A stretch of 64,000 nucleotides of DNA from Cyanophora paradoxa CCMP329 (GCA_004431415.1 QPMI01000562.1:85462-149461); one strand, 5' to 3'; positions 11,139-24,600 are shown, numbered from the stretch's first letter. The notes: generated from the sequence alone by a model not told the origin. Made by a program: numbers and translations.

Positions 11139-11691
11139 TGGTAGGGGGTACTGCATTCGTGCTGCGTTCGCTACGCTCACCCCCGCGGCCTCCGGCGGCG
11201 GTACCCGGCTTCGGATCCCCGAACCCGGAAGAAACCGCGTACCCCTCCCCGGGGTACGCCGTTCGCCCCAACCGGCCCCACAAGGCGCGGCCCGAGGCCG
11301 AACGCGTACCCCGGAGAGGGGTACGGCGTCAGAGCGGCCCCGATCAAGTGTACCCCGAGCGGGTACCCCGATCGGCCCCGCGACGGCCCGAGCGGAGTAC
11401 CCCGAGCGGGGTACACCGTCTCGACCCGCAACGGCCCTCCCCGGGGTACAGGCGCCTAGCGCGCTTACCCCGGAGAGTTCTTGTTCCGGAACTCGCAAGG
11501 GCGAGGCCGGAATGGCATACGGCGATCCGCCCTGGTCGATCGCCAACGTATTATGATACGTGGTTCCCGGGAAAGCAGCCTTGAGCTGCCGTACCTCAGG
11601 CCCAACCCGATGCGCTATCCGTGCATCTAGCTAAGTAGTGCCAGGCGTAAGATAGCTAGGTCTTCTGCATTCGAATGAAGCGAGGCGTAAA
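11139..11691 (+). repeat. Split direct repeat B1 (~553 bp)
   Basis: Matches 12659-13217 apart from short indels; inverted copies at 16528-17085 and 18058-18606. Confidence 0.95.
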
Positions 11692-12007
11692 TCGGGATTT
11701 GCGCTCTCAATGCGTAAATCGAGTTTTGCGCCGACGGAATGCGAACAAAGAAGACCGTAGCCGAGCGCCAGGCACGAAAGAGCTGAGCGACTCGCTAGCC
11801 GCGGAGCGGCGCGAGGCGAGCACGGGATAAGCAGCAGGCTGCAGCGAGCGTCCCGCAAGGGACTAGCTGAGCTAGCCGTTGGGCCGAGCCGGCGGGCTTG
11901 AAGCCGCCGAGCGCCGGGGGGTACGCTGATTCGGGGTTTCCCTTCACGCCCAGCTTCGCTCGCGGCCGCCCCAGGCCACGAAGCGACCAGCGGCGAAGCG
12001 AAATCGC
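11692..12007 (+). repeat. Split direct repeat A2
   Basis: Copy of 896-1211 directly abutting B1. Confidence 0.95.
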
Positions 12008-12658
12008 TCCCGCCCACCTCCCCGCGATTTTTCCTCCGGGGCGCCGAACCTCGCTACCCAGCGAGCCCCGGCGCCGCGAAAAGTCCGCGCAAAAGGCAAT
12101 GCATACGGCGACCAGCGCCAGCGTTCGCCGAGGGTATTATAATACGTGATTCCTTGTCGTCTCCTGCGCACGCGGTTCCGGATGTTACTCCCGCTCGGTG
12201 CCGGCCACCAGCGCGGACATGGTCGTGCACAGCTGATCCGTGGTAATTTACAATGGTTCCGTCGAAGATTCGGGCACGAACCGCGCAGACTCGGTGTACC
12301 GGTCGTCAGTCGTGTTTTTCACGCGCGCCCGCTGGACCCACTTGTGCCGGGCCGGGGTCCAGCGCGCCCCCAAGAAACAGTTGCGCGGCTTCGTGGAGAA
12401 TCTCGAGTTTCTCCCCGCTGGTGTACCCTGTTATATATTCCTCTGGACCCGCGGGCGCCGAGCCGCGGTCCAGCGCGCATTACCGTTACGCGGTTTTCCC
12501 GCGGTAACTTGCTGGTTTTCGAGTCTGCCGCCCCGGCGCGGGGGTAGACTTCGCGCATGAACTCGGAGTCCTGTTGGTTTTTGATGAGCCTCGGTTGTCG
12601 TATGCGTACGACCCCTTGGTCTCATGGTTGTCTGCGGACGACGGGCACGCTACCCGTG

Positions 12659-13217
12659 TGGTAGGGGGTACTGCATTCGTGCTGCGTTCGCTACGCTCAC
12701 CCCCGCGGCCTCCGGCGGCGGTACCCGGCTTCGGATCCCCGAACCCGGAAGAAACCGCGTACCCCTCCCCGGGGTACGCCGTTCGCCCCAACCGGCCCCA
12801 CAAGGCGCGGCCCGAGGCCGAACGCGTACCCCGGAGAGGGGTACGGCGTCAGAGCGGCCCCGATCAAGTGTACCCCCGAGCGGGGTACCCCGATCGGCCC
12901 CGCGACGGCCCCGAGCGGAGTACCCCCGAGCGGGGTACACCGTCTCGACCCGCAACGGCCCTCCCCGGGGTACAGGCGCCTAGCGCGCTTACCCCGGAGA
13001 GTTCTTGTTCCGGAACTCGCAAGGGCGAGGCCGGAATGGCATACGGCGATCCGCCCTGGTCGATCGCCAACGTATTATGATACGTGGTTCCCGGGAAAGC
13101 AGCCTTGAGCTGCCGTACCTCAGGGCCCAACCCGATGCGCTATCCCGTGCATCTAGCTAAGTAGTGCCAGGCGTAAGATAGCTAGGTCTTCTGCATTCGA
13201 ATGAAGCGAGGCGTAAA
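12659..13217 (+). repeat. Split direct repeat B2 (3' end of element 1)
   Basis: Copy of B1 ending GCGAGGCGTAAA. Confidence 0.95.
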
Positions 13218-16200
13218 GATTTGGGATCTCACGCCCCGTGCGCGCATGCTGGTTTTGATCTTTCAAATTCAGACGCAGTCACGTGATCATGACCCTCCCT
13301 TTCTAACCTCGCCTGTCTCGCGCAGTGCCTCCATCGCCTGTTCCTGAGCCGCAACTCTCCGCTCAGCGATCCTCCATCGAGTGCAGCTCGAATAGGACAT
13401 TCGTCGGCGAGGAGTTGAACTGCACGTTCTTCCCGCGCACCGATTCCGGCGCCCCGTACCCCGCTTTGCCGTCGAACATCAGTCTCTCCGGCGCTGGCGA
13501 CGCCGTCGCTGCGTTCCGATCGCCCCTGTGGTCGAACCGCACCTCAAGCCTCACCTTCGCCGTCCTTTTCAATCACAGCCTGGAGGAGCCCGCGAACGCT
13601 GTGATTGCCATCTGGAGAAACGCTTCGAATTCTGCCGGCCGATCAAACGCGACCCATTCGTCCGCGGCCGGCTCCAACTCGACATTCTTCGTTTCGCGCA
13701 ATATATCCGTCCTCCCTCAAGTTCGGGTCGACCCAAGGTGCATGCGCTTGGCGATAAGTTCTCGTGTTCAATTGACGTAGGTGCACACGCACAGAACGGC
13801 AGTGGAGTGTGTGCCGAGCACGGTGTACATCGGATTCCCGACCGCGTGCACGATCACGTCCTCCACAAAGGTGAATTTGCCTTCAGCTCTAGATCTACCC
13901 CTTCTGCGGGCACCTGTGCACGTTGTGCCCCTGGTTTGCGGTTCGCCTAAAGCATCGCGCGCTTCTGCATGCGCAATCAGATACGGGACGCGGAGGCCAG
14001 CGCTTTGCTTCAGATGCTCGGGGCGCCGATGGTCGAGCTTGGCGGCGGCGTGAACCTCGCCGTCGCCTTCGACATATCTGCAGTGGAGGTTCTGCAGGCC
14101 GGTGACGGACAAGACGTGTCAAGATTTCGATTCACAATTACGGCCCGCGTTGTGGGTGGGCTCGATCAACTAGCGCTTGCTGCAGCTGACCATGGGCGTG
14201 AACTGCGGATCTTTGTGCCTGTCTTCAAGTTCTGCTCATGTCCCACGAACGATCTGCTGCCCCTGACAAGTGTTAACATCACGCTTAAACTGAGTGCGTG
14301 CTTTAATATGCTCTCCGCGTATATCCATGCATCTCGCATTCGTTTCGCACTCACACAAGAGATCGACCGCGCACAGGCCCGTCTCACCTCCCGCCTTCGG
14401 CGACATTGTTTACACCGAAGTCCGTGTCTCTCCCCCTGCGATCCCTGAAACTGCACGCGCTGGCCGTTGGATCCTCGAGTGCCGTGTCTGATCAAGCAGG
14501 CGTCGTCGCCTGGACGAACGCCACCGTCAGCACTTGCGATTGGATATTGGTTCGTTCTCATGCTTAGATATTTAAGCTTGCATGCAATGCTTTGATCGCG
14601 ATTGCTTAAGCATGGATCGCAGACTCCGCTCAACATATCCAACGCAAACGATTTGAGTGATCTGAGCACCGAGGACAGTGAAGGCCAGAGCGCCCAGGGA
14701 TGCGCGACATTCTGGATGAAGCCGCGTCTGGGCTCCTGGCTGCTGAAGCTCACAGTGACGGATAGCGCTGGCTACCGTTCATCTCTCACGCAGGTCGTGG
14801 CAGTCACCCCTCCGCTCAGTGCGTCCGGCCACCCGTCATGCATTGCTGTAGTCACGACTAATTGCCACGGTGAACCAGACGCGACGATCGCGGTCAAGCT
14901 CGACACGGACTACGACGCGTTTGTCGCCAAGTACGCCAACGGATCCTACAGCAGGCTACTCGACCTGCTGGCGACAGCCGGGCGAAATCTGTTCCAGCGG
15001 AGTCAGATCTACGGGCTGTCGGTGACGCGGGGCAGCGTTCTCATCCGGTTCAAGCTTCTTCGGCTCGCAAGCTCGAATCAGGCAAGCTCACAGGCCCTGG
15101 CCCAACGCACCCTACGCTGGCGCATGACGACTGCGCTGCGTTTGCAGACGGAGGAGCAGCTGAAGAATGCGTTGCAGCAAATTCGACTCTCTGATGCTTC
15201 GTTCGGCCAGGTGCCTTCGTTAGAGGGATTTTCGGCTGCCACATCAATATCAATAATACCCACGCACTCATTTTCAGTAGCCCACGTTATAATTAATATT
15301 AATCGAATATTGACAGTAGCCCGCCGGTATCGCTCGCAGGTATTCGATGCCCCAGTCCTGAGCGTCCAGGCGTACGAGGAACCGCCCTCGGCCGGTGTGT
15401 GTGTGTGTGTGTGAAGCGTTTCTATATACCCGCGCCGGCTGCACTGGCGCATTGCAATGGGGCATTTTCGAATGCACTTCGAGTTGACATTAGTATATAT
15501 TCCTTGCACGCGCAGACATCGGCCAGGTTCGGCCCACAGTCTCCCGGGCGGCGTTTCTGTACGTCGACGGCAAGCCCACAATCGTCGCGATGCTCGGGAA
15601 CAACGAAGCCTCCCCAGCCCTGCAAATAACATGGCGCCAGATCAGCGGGCCGCAGGACATCTCGGCGCAGCTCGCCGCATCGAATCAAGCGCAGTTGTCC
15701 GTCGACGCTGCCAGCGCGTTCGACGTATCCGTTCCGCTGTCTTCCAGCCTGAGGAACGGGACGTACGTGCTTGAGCTCACCGTGGTCGACGTGTTCAACT
15801 ACGAGACAAAGCTGCAAGTGGAGCTCATCGTCGACCCGCCCCCCAGTCCGTCGGTCGCCGCTTCGAATTCCGGTGAGCGCTGCGATGTGAAAGCGGAAGA
15901 TGCATTCGTTATACTCTCTTAGCGTGTGATTGCTTTTCGGTATTCACCTTTCGGCCAGAACCGACAGCATCAGCTTTGGGCGCCGCGGTCGGTGCTGCAA
16001 TGACGGCGGCGGCCGCAGTCGCGGCGGGAACTTCGGCGGCAGCTTCGGCTGCGGGCAGCGCCGCTCCGAACGGTGGGTCACAGCTGATTCGCGATCCGAC
16101 TCGGCGACCTTTCTTTTAACAACACATCGCGATCGTGCTTTCAGTCGACGTCGGGGGCGATTTCGGCGGGGACGCTGGCGGCGATGCGGGCGGGGACGCC

Positions 16201-16527
16201 GGCGGGGATTCGGGCGGGGACGACGCGGGGGATGGCGGCGACCTGGAGGCTGAAGGTGGCGATGCGGAGGCGGTCGAGGAAGAGGAGAACGAGGACGAGA
16301 TCGATGCAGAGGACCAGGATATGGTCGAGCAGGAGAGGCGACGCCAGGCACAACTCGAAGCCGGCGGCGACGTGGAGGTAGCTATATAGCCCGATGCATC
16401 GATTGATACACATACGAATTCATTTCGCTCGCCGCAGTGGTCACACTGCATTCTCAGATGGATATCGGTGGACTTGAAGGTGCTGGTGGCACCGGCGCCG
16501 GCGGAGGCGGAGACGGAGCCGCGATGG
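13218..16527 (+). CDS. Host gene part 2: multi-exon extracellular region with Ig/PKD/REJ-like beta domains and Gly/Asp-rich linker
   Basis: IWDLTP, then intron 13238-13325, then LPPSPVPE. Short GT-AG introns. PKD-like motifs GSWLLKLTVTDSAG and ITWRQISGP..GTYVLELTVVD. Many NxS/T sequons. GDAGG repeats at ~16150-16270. Confidence 0.75.
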
Positions 16528-19019
16528 TTTACGCCTCGCTTCATTCGAATGCAGAAGACCTAGCTATCTTACGCCTGACACTACTTAGCTAGATGCACGG
16601 GATAGCGCATCGGTTGGGCCCTGAGGTACGGCAGCTCAAGGCTGCTTTCCCGGGAACCACGTATCATAATACGTTGGCGATCGACCAGGGCGGATCGCCG
16701 TATGCCATTCCGGCCTCGCCCTTGCGAGTTCCGGAACAAGAACTCTCCGGGGTAAGCGCGCTAGGCGCCTGTACCCCGGGGAGGGCCGTTGCGGGCCGAG
16801 ACGGTGTACCCCGCTCGGGGGTACTCCGCTCGGGGCCGTCGCGGGACCGATCGGGGTACCCCGCTCGGGGGTACACTTGATCGGGGCCGCTCTGACGCCG
16901 TACCCCTCTCCGGGGTACGCGTTCGGCCTCGGGCCGCGCCTTGTGGGGCCGGTTGGGGCGAACGGCGTACCCCGGGGAGGGGTACGCGGTTTCTTCCGGG
17001 TTCGGGGATCCGAAGCCGGGTACCGCCGCCGGAGGCCGCGGGGGTGAGCGTAGCGAACGCAGCACGAATGCAGTACCCCCTACCACACGCGTAGCGTGCC
17101 CATCGTCCGCAGACGACCATGAGACCAAGGAGTCGTACAAAAATACGACAACCAAGGCTCATCGGAAAACCGACAGAACTCCGGATCATGCATATGCGCG
17201 AAGTCTCCCCCCGCGCCGGGGCGGCAGACTCGAAACCAACAAGTTACAGCGGGGAAAAACCGCGTAACAGCCATACGCGCTGGACCCCAGCTCGGCACCC
17301 GCGGGTCCAGCGGAAAAAACAGGGTAAAAACCCAGTGGGAAAACACTCGAGATTCGCAACGAAGCCGCGCGACTGTTTTTTGGGGCGCGCGCTGGGCCCG
17401 GCCGGCACAAGCGGGTCCAGCGGACGCGAGTGCAAACACGAATGACGACCGATACACAGAGTCTGCGCGGTTCGTGCCCGAATCTTCGACGGAACCATTG
17501 TAAATTACCACGGATCAGCTGTGCACGACCACGTCCGCGCTGGTGGCCGGCACCGAGCGGGAGTACCATCCGGAACCGCGTGCGCAGGAGACGACAAGGA
17601 ACCACGTATTATAATACCCTCGGCGAGCGCTGGTGCTGGTCGCCGTATGCATTGCCCTTGCGCGAACTTTCGCGGCGTCGGGGCTCGCTGGGTAGCGAGG
17701 TTCGGCGCCCCGGAGGACAAATCGCGGGGAGGTGGGCGGGAGCGATTTCGCTTCGCCGCTGGTCGCTTCGTGGCCTGGAGCGGCCGCGAGCGAAGCAGGG
17801 CGTGAAGGGAAACCCCGAATCAGCGTACCCCCCGGAGCTCGGCGGCTTCAAGCCCGCCGGCTCGGCCCAACGGCTAGCTCAGCTAGTCCCTTGCGGGGCG
17901 CTCGCTGCCGCCTGCTGCTCATCCCGTGCTCGCCTCGCGCCGCTCTGCGGCTAGCGAGTCGCTCAGCTCTTTCGTGCCTGGCGTTCGGCTACGGTCTTCT
18001 TTACTCGCATTCAGTCGGCGCAAAACTCGATTTACGCATTGAGAGCGCAAATCCCGATTTACGCCTCGCTTCATTCGAATGCAGAAGACCTAGCTATCTT
18101 ACGCCTGACACTACTTAGCTAGATGCACGGGATAGCGCATCGGTTGGGCCCTGAGGTACGGCAGCTCAAGGCTGCTTTCCCGGGAACCACGTATCATAAT
18201 ACGTTGGCGATCGACCAGGGCGGATCGCCGTATGCCATTCCGGCCTCGCCCTTGCGAGTTCCGGAACAAGAACTCTCCGGGGTAAGCGCGCTAGGCGCCT
18301 GTACCCCGGGGAGGGCCGTTGCGGGCCGAGACGGTGTACCCCGCTCGGGGGTACTCCGCTCGGGCCGTCGCGGACCGATCGGGTACCCCGCTCGGGGTAC
18401 ACTTGATCGGGGCCGCTCTGACGCCGTACCCTCTCCGGGGTACGCGTTCGGCCTCGGGCCGCGCCTTGTGGGGCCGGTTGGGCGAACGGCGTACCCGGGA
18501 GGGGTACGCGGTTTCTTCCGGGTTCGGGGATCCGAAGCCGGGTACCGCCGCCGGAGGCCGCGGGGGTGAGCGTAGCGAACGCAGCACGAATGCAGTACCC
18601 CTACCAAACAAGAGTCAGGTCACAGCCAGCCAGAATAGCATACATAGGAACAAAGTGAGCAAGAGGGCGAAGGTTGTTTCGCCCTCCCCATTCCCCCCTC
18701 TCCTTCCTCCTTCCCCTGCCACCCCACGTGTCCCAGACGCTAGGCCTCCCTCCCCAGCGCACTGCGCTGTAGGAGGAACGGGCAGAGAGCGTGAATTCGG
18801 ACAAACAACATGGGGCCGGGCGGGCCAAAACGCCCGAGGTAACGAGCCGGCACAGAAGGCTGGGGGGTTCTCGCCGTACCCCTATGGGACAGTCGACGAA
18901 CCGGGGCGGCGCTGGATAGTGGCGCCGCCAGATCCCCGCCGCCGACAAGTCATGCTGGGCGGTGCGGGCCAGGGGCGCGCTACGGGTGGAGGGCGGGCAA
19001 GGCGGTCGCACTGCGCGTC

Positions 19020-22000
19020 GGCGTGAAGTCGCGCGAGGCCGTTACGGACCTCGGGGCCGCGGCGGAATCTAAAACCATCCCAGCCGGTGAGCACCGAAAG
19101 CGAGCCCACCACCGTCCTGCCCTGTGCAAGCAGGGTAGGCGGCGGAAGCGCGCCGCGCGGACGTGGGGGCCGCATAAGACCGCGGGAGCGGTCGCGGGGC
19201 CTCAGGGCCTGGAGCGCCCGTGGCACAGCACCGCGGGCGAGCCAGCGGTCAGCCCACCCTGCGCCAGCAGGCGAGGCGGCGGCGGTTTGGGGCCGCGCGA
19301 GGTCGTTGCGGACCTCGGGGCGGTGGTGGGGTCATGAGCTCCAGCAGGAGAGCGCTGCTGGGGAGCCAGAGGCCGGCCCGCCCTTCGCAAGCAGGTTATG
19401 CGGCGGCGGCGAGCTCAGTGGCGGCGCGGGAACGCGAGAGGTCGCTGCAGACTTCGGGCCGGGGGTGGAGCCTTGAGCTCCAGCCAGGAAGCGTCGCGGG
19501 CGAGCTAGAGGCCGGCCCGCCCTACGCAAGCTGGGGGAGCGATGGCAGCGGGCCGAGCGGTAGTGTGGGCCGCGCGAGGTCGCTTCAGACCTTGGGGAGG
19601 TGGTGGAGCCTCGAGCTCCAGCCGGGGAGCGCCGCGGGCATGCCAGAGGCCGGCCCGCCTTGCGTACGCGGGTCAGGCGGCGGTGGCGAGCCGAGCTGTG
19701 GCATGGGGCCACGCGAGGTCGCCACGGACCTTGGGGCGGCGGCGGAGCTTTGAGCTCCAGTAGGAGGCGTTGCGGGCGAGCCAGCAGCCGGCCCGCCCTG
19801 CGCAAGCAGGTCAGGCGGCGGCGGCGAGCCGAGCGGCGGCGCGGGGCCCCGCGAGGTCGCAGTAGACCTCGGTGTAATGGTGGGGCCTGGAGTTTTAGCC
19901 AGGGGGCCTTGCGGGCGAGCCAGGGGCCGGCCCGCCCTGCGCAAGCAGGATAAGCGGCGGCGGTGGGTCGAGCGGCGGCGCGGGGCCGCGCGAGGCCGTG
20001 ACGGACCTCGGGGTCGCGAAGGAGCCTTGAGCTCCAGCAGGGGGGCGACGCGGGCGAGCCAGAGGCTGGCCCGCCCTGCGCCAGCAGGCGAGGCGGCGGC
20101 GGAGAGCCGAGCGGCGGCGCGGGGCCGTGCGAGGTCGCTGCAGACCTCGGGGCGGTGGTGGAGGCTTGAGCTCCAGCAGGAGAGCGCTGCTGGCGAGCCA
20201 GCGACCGGCCTGCCCTTCGCGAGTAGGTCTGACGGCGGTAGTGGGTAGAGCGGCGGCGCGGGACCGCGCGGGGCCGCTACGGACCTTCGGGCGGAGGCGG
20301 AGCTTTTAGCTACCGCAGGAGGCGCTGCGCGCGGTCCACCGGCCGGCCCGCCCTTGGGGCGGTGGCGGAGCTTCGAGCTCCAGCCAGGAAGCGTCCGACG
20401 GCCGCGGACGGGCTAAGGGCCGGCCCGCCCTGTGCCAGCCGGTCCGGCGGAAGCAGTGAGCCGGACGGTGGCGCCAGGCCGCGCGAGGTCGCTGAAGACC
20501 TCGGGGAGGTGGTGGAGCCTTGAGCTCCAGCAGGAGAGCGCGGTGGGCGGGCCCGCGGCCGGCCCGCCCTGCACCCGCAGGTCAGGCGGCGGCGGCAAGC
20601 CGGGTGGTGGCGTGGGGCCGTGCGAGGCCGTGAACGGACCTCGGGGTGGAGGTGGAGCCTTGGGCTCCAGCCGGAGAGCGCGGCGGACGAGCCAGCGGCC
20701 GGCCCGCCCTGCGCAAGCCGGTCAGGCAGTGGCGGTACGCCGAGCTGCAGCGCGGGGCCGCGCGAGGCCGTGAACGGACCTCGGGGCGGAGGTGGGGCCC
20801 TGGGTTCTAGCTGGGGAGCGCTGCATGCGAGCCAGCGGCCGGCCCGCCCTGCGCAGGCAGGGTATGCGGCGGCGGCGAGTCGAGCGATAGCGCGGGGCCG
20901 CGCGAAGCCGTGACGGACCTCGGGGCGGAGGCGGAGCCCTGGGCTCCAGTCGGGGAGCGCTGCATGCGAGCCCGCGGCCGGCCCTGCGCAGGCAGGTTAT
21001 GCGGCGGCGGCGGGTCGAGCGGTAGCGCGGGGCCGCGCGAGGCCTTGACAGGCCTCGGGTTGAAGGTGGAGCCCTGGGCTCCAGCCGGGGAGCGCTACAT
21101 GCGAGCCAGCGGCCGGCCCGCCCTGCGCAAGCAGACTATGCGGCAGCGGCCGGTCGAGCGGCAGCGCGGGGCCGCGCGAAGCCGTGACGGACCTCGGGGC
21201 GGCGGTGGAGCCTTGAGCTCCAGCCGGGGAGCGCTGCATTGCGAGCCAACGGCCGGCCCGCCCTGCGCCAGCAGGTCAGGCAGTGGCGGTACGCCGAGCT
21301 GCAGCGCGGGGCCGCGCGAGGCCGTGAAGGGCCTCGGGGCAGCGGTGGAGCCCTGGGGTCCAGCCGGGGAGCGCTGCATGCGAGCCCACGGCCGGCCTGC
21401 CCTGCGCAAGCAGGTTATGCGGCGGCGGCGGGTCGAGCGGCAGCGCGGGGCTGCGCGAGGCCGTGACGGACCTCGGGGCGGAGGTGGCGCCCTGGACTCC
21501 AGCCGGGGAGCGCTGCATGCGAGCCAGCGGCCGGCCCGCCCTGCGCAAGCAGGTTCTGCGGCGGCGGCGGGTCGAGCAGCAGCGCGGGGCCGCTCGAGGC
21601 CGTGACTGACCTCGGGGCGGAGGTGGGGCCCTGGGCTCCAGCTGGGGAGCGCTGCATGCGAGCCAGCGGCCGGCCCGCCCTGCGCAGGCAGGGTATGCGG
21701 CGGCGGCGAGTCGAGCGGCAGCGTGGGGCCGCGCGAAGCCGTGACGGACCTCGGGGCGAAGGCGGAGTCCTGGGCTCCAGCCAGGGGGCGCTGCATGCGA
21801 GCCAGCGGCCTGCCCTGCGCAGGCAGGTTATGCGGCGGCGGCGGGTCGAGCGGCAGCGCGGGGCCGCGCGAGGCTTTGACAGGCCTCGGGGCGGAGGTGG
21901 CGCCCTGGGCTCGAGCCAGGGAGCGCTCCCTGCGAGCCAGCGGTCGGCCCGCCCCGCGCCAGCAGGTTATGCGGCGGCGGCGGGTCGAGCGGCGGCGCGG

Positions 22001-24600
22001 GGCCGCGCGAAGTTGTGACGGACCTCGGGGCGGAGGTGGAGCCCTGGGCTCCAGCCGGGGAGCGCTGCATGCGAGCCAGCGGCCGGCCCGCCCTGCGCAA
22101 GCAGGATAAGCGGCGGCGGCGGGTCGAGCGGCAGCGCGGGGCCGAGCGAAGCCGTGACGGACCTCGGGGTGGAGGTGGAGCCCTGGGCTCCAGCCGGGGA
22201 GCGCTGCTTGCGAGCAAGCGGCCGGCCCGCCCTGCGCAAGCAGGGTACGCGGCGGCGGCGGGTCGAGCGGCAGCGCGGGGCTGCGCGAGGCCGTGACGGA
22301 CCTCGGGGCGGAGGTGGCGCCCTGGGCTCCAGCCGGGGAGCGCGGCATGCGAGCCAGCGGCCGGCCCGCCCTGCGCAAGCAGGTTCTGCGGCGGCGGCGG
22401 GTCGAGCGGCGGCGCGGGGCCGCGCGAGGCCGTGACGGACCTCGGGGCGGAGGTGGAGCCCTGGGCTCCAGCCGGAGAGCGCCGCGGTCGAGCCAGCGGC
22501 CGGCCCGCCCTGCGCAAGCAGGTTATGCGGCGGCGGCGGGTCGAGCGGCAGCGCGGGGCCGCGCGAGGCCGTGACGGACCTCGGGGCGGGGGTGGATCCC
22601 TGGGCTCCAGCCGGGGCGCGCTGCCTGCGAGCCAGCGGCCGGCCCGCCCCGCGCCAGCAGGTCATGCGGCGGCGGCGGGTCGAGCGGCAGCGCGGGGCCG
22701 CGTGAGGCCGGGACGGACCTCGGGGCGGAGGTGGAGCCCTGGGCTCCAGCCGGGGGGCGCGGCAGGTGAGCCAGCGGCCGGCCCGCCCTGCGCGAGCAGG
22801 TTATGCGGTGGCGGCGGGTCGAGGTAGCGCGGGGCCACGTGAGGCCGTGACGGACCTCGGGGCGGAGATGGAGCCCTGGGCTCCAGCCGGGGAGCGCGGC
22901 AGGTGAGCCAGCGGTCGGCCCGCCCTGCGCCAGCAGGTTATGCGGCGGTCGTGGGCGGCGGGCGAGTGGCGGCGCGGGGCCGCGCGAGGCCGCTGCAGAC
23001 CTCGGGGAGGCGGTGAAGCCTTGAGCTCCAGCAGGGGAATGTGGCGGGTGCTTCAGCGGCCGGCCCGCCCTGCGCCAGTGATTCACTGAGTCAGGCGGCT
23101 GTGGCGAGCTTATCGGCAGCGTCGGGCCGCGCGAGGCCGTGACGGACCTCGGGGTGGAGGTGGAGCCCTGGGCTCCAGCCGGGGAGTGCCGCAGGTGAGG
23201 AAGCGGCCGGCCCGCCCTCGGGGCGGAGGTGGAGCCCTGGGCTCGAGCCGGGGAGTGCTGCCTGCGAGCCAGCGGCCGGCCCGCCCCGCGCCAGCAGGTT
23301 ATGCGGCGGCGACGGGTCGAGCGGCAGCGCGGGGCCGCGCGAGGCCTTGACAGGCCTCGGGTTGAAGGTGGAGCCCTGGGCTCCAGCCGGGGAGCGCTGC
23401 ATGCGAGCCAGCGGCCGGCCCGCCCTGCGCAAGCAGGTTCTGCGGCGGCGGCGGGTCGAGCGGCGGCGCGGGGCCGCGCGAGGCCGTGACGGCCTCGGGG
23501 TGGAGGTGGAGCCTTGGGCTCCAGCCGGGGAGCGCTGCATGCGAGCCAGCGGCCGGCCCGCCCTGCGCAAGCAGGTTCTGCGGCGGCGGCGGGTCGAGCG
23601 GCAGCGCGGGCTGCGCGAGGCCGTGACGGACCTCGGGGCGGAGGTGGCGCCCTGGGCTCCAGCCGGGGAGCGCTGCATGCGAGCCAGCGGCCGGCCCGCC
23701 CTGCGCAAGCAGGTTCTGCGGCGGCGGCGGGTCGAGCGGCAGCGCGGGGCTGCGCGAGGCCGTGACGGACCTCGGGCGGAGGTGGCGCCCTGGGCTCCAG
23801 CCGGGGAGCGCTGCATGCGAGCCAGCGGCCGGCCCGCCCTGCGCAAGCAGGTTCTGCGGCGGCGGCGGGTCGAGCGGCGGCGCGGGGCCGCGCGAGGCCG
23901 TGACGGCCTGGGGGTGGAGGTGGAGCCCTGGGCTCCAGCCGGGGACCGCGGTATGCGAGCCAGCGGCCGGCCTGCCCTGCGCAAGCAGGTCATGCGGCGG
24001 CGGCGGGTCGAGCGGCGGTGCGGGGCCGCGCGAGGCCGTGACGGACCTCGGGGCGGAGGTGGCGCCCTGGACTCCAGCCGGAGAGCGCTGCCTGCGAACC
24101 AGCGGCCGGCCCGCCCTGCGCCAGCAGGTCAGGCGGAGGCGGCGAGCCGAGCGGCGTTGCCGGGCCGCGCGAGGTCGCTGCAGACCTCGGGGCGGAGGTG
24201 GAGCCTTGGGCTCCAGCCGGGGAGCGCAGCATGCGAGCCAGCGGCCGGCCTGCCCTGCGCAAGCAGGTTATGCGGCGGCGGCGGGTAAAGCGGCGGCGCG
24301 GGCCGCGCGAGGTCGCTACGGACCTCGGGGCGGAGGTGGAGCCCAAGGGGCTCCAGCCGGAGGGCGCTGCAGGCGAGCCCGCGGCCGGCCTGCCCTGCGC
24401 AAGCAGGTCAGGCGGCGGTGGCGGTCGAGCGGCGGCGCGGGGCCGCGCGAGGTCGCTTTCGGGCCTCGGGGCGGAGCCGTGGAGGTGGAGCCCAGGCTCC
24501 CGCCGGAGAGCGCTGCGGTCGAGCCAGCGGCCGGCCCGTCCTGCGCAAGCAGAGTATGCGGCGGCGGCGGGTCGAGCGGCGGCGTGGGGCGCGCGACGGC
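19020..24600. repeat. 139-bp GC-rich tandem array, roughly 40 copies
   Basis: gtgacggacctcgggg recurs at 22015, 22154, 22293 and 22432. Copies are more degenerate toward 19020. Confidence 0.92.

Larger units (their letters stand above)
896..13217 (+). mobile_element. Element 1: autonomous-type tyrosine-recombinase retrotransposon (DIRS order, Ngaro/PAT-type split direct repeats)
   Basis: A1 896-1211, B1 11139-11691, A2 11692-12007, B2 12659-13217. Encodes RT-RNaseH and YR. No TSD; flanks rejoin in frame (GTC AC|G ATT TGG GAT). Confidence 0.95.

Noticed and set aside
11237-11414. CRISPR-like array (also considered for the GTGTGACAG units and the satellites)
   Set aside because: Repeats are not identical or evenly spaced, there are no cas genes, and the context is a eukaryotic mobile element.
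15395-15413. (GT)n microsatellite
   Set aside because: Short repeat at a probable intron donor; ordinary.
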